Shown piece by piece: positions 60,406-64,000 of a DNA stretch of 64,000 nt. This DNA is from an uncultured Verrucomicrobiae bacterium. GTDB lineage: Bacteria > Verrucomicrobiota > Verrucomicrobiia > Chthoniobacterales > JAFAMB01. The notes under the pieces are model-generated. The model was not told the DNA's origin and ran no database searches. It worked only from the letters and a program-made list of their open reading frames with translations. Location: assembly GCA_963837955.1 (NCBI GenBank), contig CAWIPH010000002.1, forward strand, positions 2,848,001-2,912,000, in the 5' to 3' direction. Each line of letters begins with the position of its first letter. Positions within the stretch are counted from its first letter, which is position 1. Position numbers and translations under genes: made by a program.

Positions 60406-63102
60406 ATGACGAGCAATGCCGAGAAGGAGCGTCTGACATCCGACGCGAAGCGTGAGGCAAACTGGAAACGCTGGGGACCTTACCTCTCAGAGCGGCAATG
60501 GGCCACGGTACGCGAGGACTACTCCCAAGGTGGCGATTGTTGGGATTATTTTCCGCACGATCAAGCTCGAAGCCGAGCCTACCGATGGGGAGAAGACGGC
60601 CTGCTTGGCATCACCGATCGTCAATGCCGGCTCTGCTTTGCGTTGGCCCTGTGGAATGGCAAGGATCCGATTCTGAAGGAGCGTCTCTTCGGCTTGACGG
60701 GTCCGGAAGGGAATCACGGAGAGGACGTGAAGGAGGAATATTTCTATCTCGACGCGACGCCGACCTACTCTTACATGAAGGCGCTTTATAAATACCCGCA
60801 GGCCGAGTACCCTTACGCGCAACTGTTGGCGGAGAATCGACGCCGTGGCAAAGACGATCCGGAATTCGAGATATTGGATACCGGCGTATTCGACAACAAT
60901 CGTTACTTTGATATCACGGCCGAGTATGCAAAGAACGGGCCGAACGACATCCTGATTCGCCTCACTGCGGCTAATCGCAGCGCCCAGTCAGCGATGCTTC
61001 ACCTACTACCGACCGTCTGGTTTCGTAACACTTGGTCATGGGGCGCGATCGATGAGCGCAGTCCGATCAAACCGAGTATCACTTTGGCAGGCGAAGACAC
61101 TCTCTCGCTCCGTCATGAGTCCCTCGGCTATTATTTGCTGAAGAGTGGCGCGGCGCCGGATATTCCGCGTCCGGTTGCGCTCTTTACAGAGAATGAGACG
61201 AACACGCGCCGCTTGTATAATCTCGGGCCGGAAACCGCGTTTTTTAAGGACGCGTTTCACGATTACGTTATTCACGGTAAGAACGACGCCGTCAATCCGG
61301 CAAAGAGCGGCACGAAGGCAGCTCTCCACTATGTGTTACAAATCCCGTCCTATTCCGCGCAAACAATCGTCTTGCGGCTTTTCAATCAACAGGACTCCTC
61401 GAAGGAGGAGCCGAACTATGACGCGGTGTTCGTTGAACGCATCCGTGAGGCCGATGATTATTACGCCTCTCTCTACCGGGTGAAGTTTAACGGTATCGAG
61501 CAGGGCGTGTTACGCCAAGCCGCCGCTGGGCTGCTCTGGAGCAAACAATTCTATCACTACATCGTCCAGGATTGGCTTACCGGCGATCCGACAGGTCCGG
61601 CACCGCCCGCCCGCCGGATGCATAGCCGCAATAAAGATTGGAGTCACCTTTACGGTCGCGACATCATCTCAATGCCGGACAAGTGGGAGTATCCATGGTT
61701 CGCCGCGTGGGACCTTGGATTCCACATGATCCCGCTCGCTCACATCGACCCGGAGTTTGCCAAGGAGCAATTGATTCTGCTGCTCCGCGAGTGGTACATG
61801 TATCCGAACGGCCAGATTCCGGCGTACGAGTTTGCTTTTGGGGACGTAAACCCGCCAGTGCATGCCTGGGCCGCCTGGCGCGTCTATAAAATCTCGGCCG
61901 AGCGGGGCGCACGTGACCGAGACTTTCTCGAAAGCGTCTTTCAAAAGCTGCTGATCAATTTCACGTGGTGGGTGAACCGTAAGGATGCGACGGGTGAGAA
62001 TTTGTTTTCCGGCGGATTCCTTGGGTTGGATAACATCGGCGTGTTCGATCGCTCTCAGGTCTTACCAAACGGAGCTACGCTTCGGCAGGCCGACGGCACA
62101 GCTTGGATGGCATTTTACTGCGCCACAATGCTTTCGATCGCGCTGGAACTCGCGGCCGGCGAAGGACAGCGTATTCATCGGGCTTATGAAGATATGGCAT
62201 CGAAGTTTCTAGAGCATTTCGTTCAGATCGTAGATGCAATGAACCGACTCGGCGGAAGCGGGCTTTGGAGCGAAGAGGATGGTTTTTATTACGATCAGCT
62301 ACGGACCAATCAGAGCGCCATCCCCCTGAAGACGCGCTCTCTGGTCGGGCTGTTACCATTGATCGCGAGCGAAGTCCTGGAGGGGGAAACAATTAAGAAA
62401 CTTCCAGGTTTCTACAAACGTGGGGCCTGGTTCGTTAACCATCGTCCCGACCTCGCTCGCAACATCAGCTTTTATGAGCACGGTGACAGTCAACGATTTC
62501 TCCTGGCGATTCCATCGCGTGCGCGGCTGGAGCGCGTGCTGAGTTATATGCTCGATGAGAACGAGTTTCTCTCGCCTTATGGGATCCGGTCCCTGTCCAA
62601 GTTCCACGAGAAAAGCCCGTGCGTCTTTATCGCGGACGGCGCAGAGCATCGTGTCGCCTATGATCCCGCTGAATCCCGCAGCCACCTCTTCGGCGGTAAC
62701 TCGAACTGGCGTGGACCGATTTGGTTTCCCATCAACTATCTGCTGATCGAGGCACTGGAACGGTACCATCATTTCTATGGCGATAGGCTGCAGGTGGAAT
62801 GTCCTACCGGTTCGGGGCGTATGATGAATCTTCAAGGAGTCGCAAACGAGATTGGTGCGCGGTTGGCGAGTATTTTTTTGCCCGATGCCGCGGGTCGGCG
62901 CCCGTGCCACGGAGACGATGTACGATTCGCCGCTGATCCGCATTGGCGTGAACTGGTCCTGTTTTACGAATATTTCCACGGTGAAACCGGTCGCGGTCTT
63001 GGCGCAAGTCACCAGACCGGCTGGACCGCGCTCGTGGCTCGTGACATCGCTGATGTTGCAAGGGAGCGAGCTATCGAGGCAGCGCTTGGCGCTGAAAACT
63101 AG
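60406..63102 (+). CDS. MGH1/GH63-like glucosidase
   Basis: WGPYLSERQW, MPDKWEYPWFAAWDL, NWRGPIW, GASHQTGWT. Confidence 0.9.
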   Translation: MTSNAEKERLTSDAKREANWKRWGPYLSERQWATVREDYSQGGDCWDYFPHDQARSRAYRWGEDGLLGITDRQCRLCFALALWNGKDPILKERLFGLTGPEGNHGEDVKEEYFYLDATPTYSYMKALYKYPQAEYPYAQLLAENRRRGKDDPEFEILDTGVFDNNRYFDITAEYAKNGPNDILIRLTAANRSAQSAMLHLLPTVWFRNTWSWGAIDERSPIKPSITLAGEDTLSLRHESLGYYLLKSGAAPDIPRPVALFTENETNTRRLYNLGPETAFFKDAFHDYVIHGKNDAVNPAKSGTKAALHYVLQIPSYSAQTIVLRLFNQQDSSKEEPNYDAVFVERIREADDYYASLYRVKFNGIEQGVLRQAAAGLLWSKQFYHYIVQDWLTGDPTGPAPPARRMHSRNKDWSHLYGRDIISMPDKWEYPWFAAWDLGFHMIPLAHIDPEFAKEQLILLLREWYMYPNGQIPAYEFAFGDVNPPVHAWAAWRVYKISAERGARDRDFLESVFQKLLINFTWWVNRKDATGENLFSGGFLGLDNIGVFDRSQVLPNGATLRQADGTAWMAFYCATMLSIALELAAGEGQRIHRAYEDMASKFLEHFVQIVDAMNRLGGSGLWSEEDGFYYDQLRTNQSAIPLKTRSLVGLLPLIASEVLEGETIKKLPGFYKRGAWFVNHRPDLARNISFYEHGDSQRFLLAIPSRARLERVLSYMLDENEFLSPYGIRSLSKFHEKSPCVFIADGAEHRVAYDPAESRSHLFGGNSNWRGPIWFPINYLLIEALERYHHFYGDRLQVECPTGSGRMMNLQGVANEIGARLASIFLPDAAGRRPCHGDDVRFAADPHWRELVLFYEYFHGETGRGLGASHQTGWTALVARDIADVARERAIEAALGAEN

Positions 63103-63132
63103 TCAACTTCACGGTCCTCTTTTTTTCTCTAA

Positions 63133-63519
63133 GGGGTCCGCACACGAAATGGAATTTTAAGTACGGTAAGGAGCTCTGTCTCCTCGTGGGCGGCAGTGCG
63201 AGGGCACGTCATGAGGAACGCTGGACTTCGACCAAAAAGCAGCGCGTCGCGATCATATTGTGGAACACGATGTATCTCGAGCGCCCTTTCAATGCACTGC
63301 GCGAACATGGGATCGTCTTTCCAGATGCGCTCCTTACGCACGTCTCGCCGATCGGATGGGAGCACATCAACCTGACTGGGGATTACACTTGGCACGCCAA
63401 CCGCCGCGTTGCTGAAGGTCGATTTAGACCCTTACTCCCGGTTGGTGTGCCGATTACGGTCGACCGAGCAGCTTCGGGAAGCTAAGCGTACAATTTTTTA
63501 CAAACGGAGGAGTGACCCC
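63133..63519 (+). mobile_element. 387-bp miniature Tn3-derived element
   Basis: 38-bp GGGGTC...GTACGGTAAG left end and CTAAGCGTAC...GACCCC right end around a tnpA C-terminal fragment (WNTMYL...[14 protein letters not shown]). Confidence 0.78.
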
Positions 63520-63538
63520 TTCTTGTGGGCCTAGGGTT

Positions 63539-63925
63539 TTAGTAAGGGGACGTTGCCTGTCTGGCTGCCATATCAAGCGCGGCCCTCATCTTCGCCAAGA
63601 CTTCCGCGCGATCCGTGATGTTGTGCTGCTCGGCGAGCAAAGAAGGTTCATGCCACCCGAGCCAGACACTTCCTTTTTCATCCAACCACGCCACCATTCG
63701 GAGCGGGAGGTCTAGCGCCACCTCCTGCTGGCTAATCATAAGATGCGTGCCGGCGGCCGGATTGCCAAAAATGAGCGTCTCGGTGGGTCGCAAGTCGAGG
63801 CCGACTCTCTTCGCGGCGTCCGTGTGATTGACACGCGCAACGATGCCGGCGCCCTGCGAATTCAAGTAGCTTTCGAGACGGTCCATCGTGACGTTCACGG
63901 AGAAACTACTTTCAAGGCACGTCAT
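63539..63925 (-). CDS. DUF302 domain protein
   Basis: LRPTETLIFGNPAAGTHLM, ALDLPLR. Confidence 0.88.
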   Translation of the reverse strand: MTCLESSFSVNVTMDRLESYLNSQGAGIVARVNHTDAAKRVGLDLRPTETLIFGNPAAGTHLMISQQEVALDLPLRMVAWLDEKGSVWLGWHEPSLLAEQHNITDRAEVLAKMRAALDMAARQATSPY

Positions 63926-64000
63926 GCTCGCCGGATCCGTCGGTGGCCCGAGCTTGGCATCGAAGCAACTGGCGACACGCCTCGCCAACTCAGTGAGATT

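Overview
Bacterial chromosomal window. Gene content and intergenic repeat style suggest a soil Verrucomicrobiota (Chthoniobacterales-like) genome; this is inference only. Layout: (1) 0-19.6 kb carbon uptake: dihydroxyacetone kinase dhaKL plus a DhaM-HPr-EI fusion, a CUT1 sugar ABC system, a DUF2961/GH172-like hydrolase, a GH51 arabinofuranosidase and an Opp-type ABC system. (2) About 19.9-47.2 kb accessory island: RND efflux pair, PAS histidine kinase/FixJ-type regulator, FGE plus arylsulfatase, an autotransporter carrying a second C-terminal barrel-like domain, several lipoproteins and a putative RiPP operon. The operon encodes a Tat-signal Gly-rich precursor with five W-[IV]-N motifs, a radical SAM/SPASM enzyme, a SPASM-like partner lacking the CxxxCxxC motif, and an NTF2-fold protein. 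The island carries 11 copies of a 20-bp palindrome, TATTGGAC-N4-GTCCAATA, 9 of them 20-22 nt from a -10-like hexamer, i.e. an apparent island-wide regulon that includes the RiPP operon. (3) 47.3-64 kb: TetR/DoxX/AzoR, an 89-bp REP-type tandem array, TonB-dependent receptor, AraC regulator, two degraded Tn3-family elements with 38-bp ends, ABC permease, beta carbonic anhydrase, YSC84-like protein, GH63-like glucosidase and DUF302. No rRNA, tRNA or CRISPR array was recognised. All family assignments are from motif recognition by eye, not database searches.
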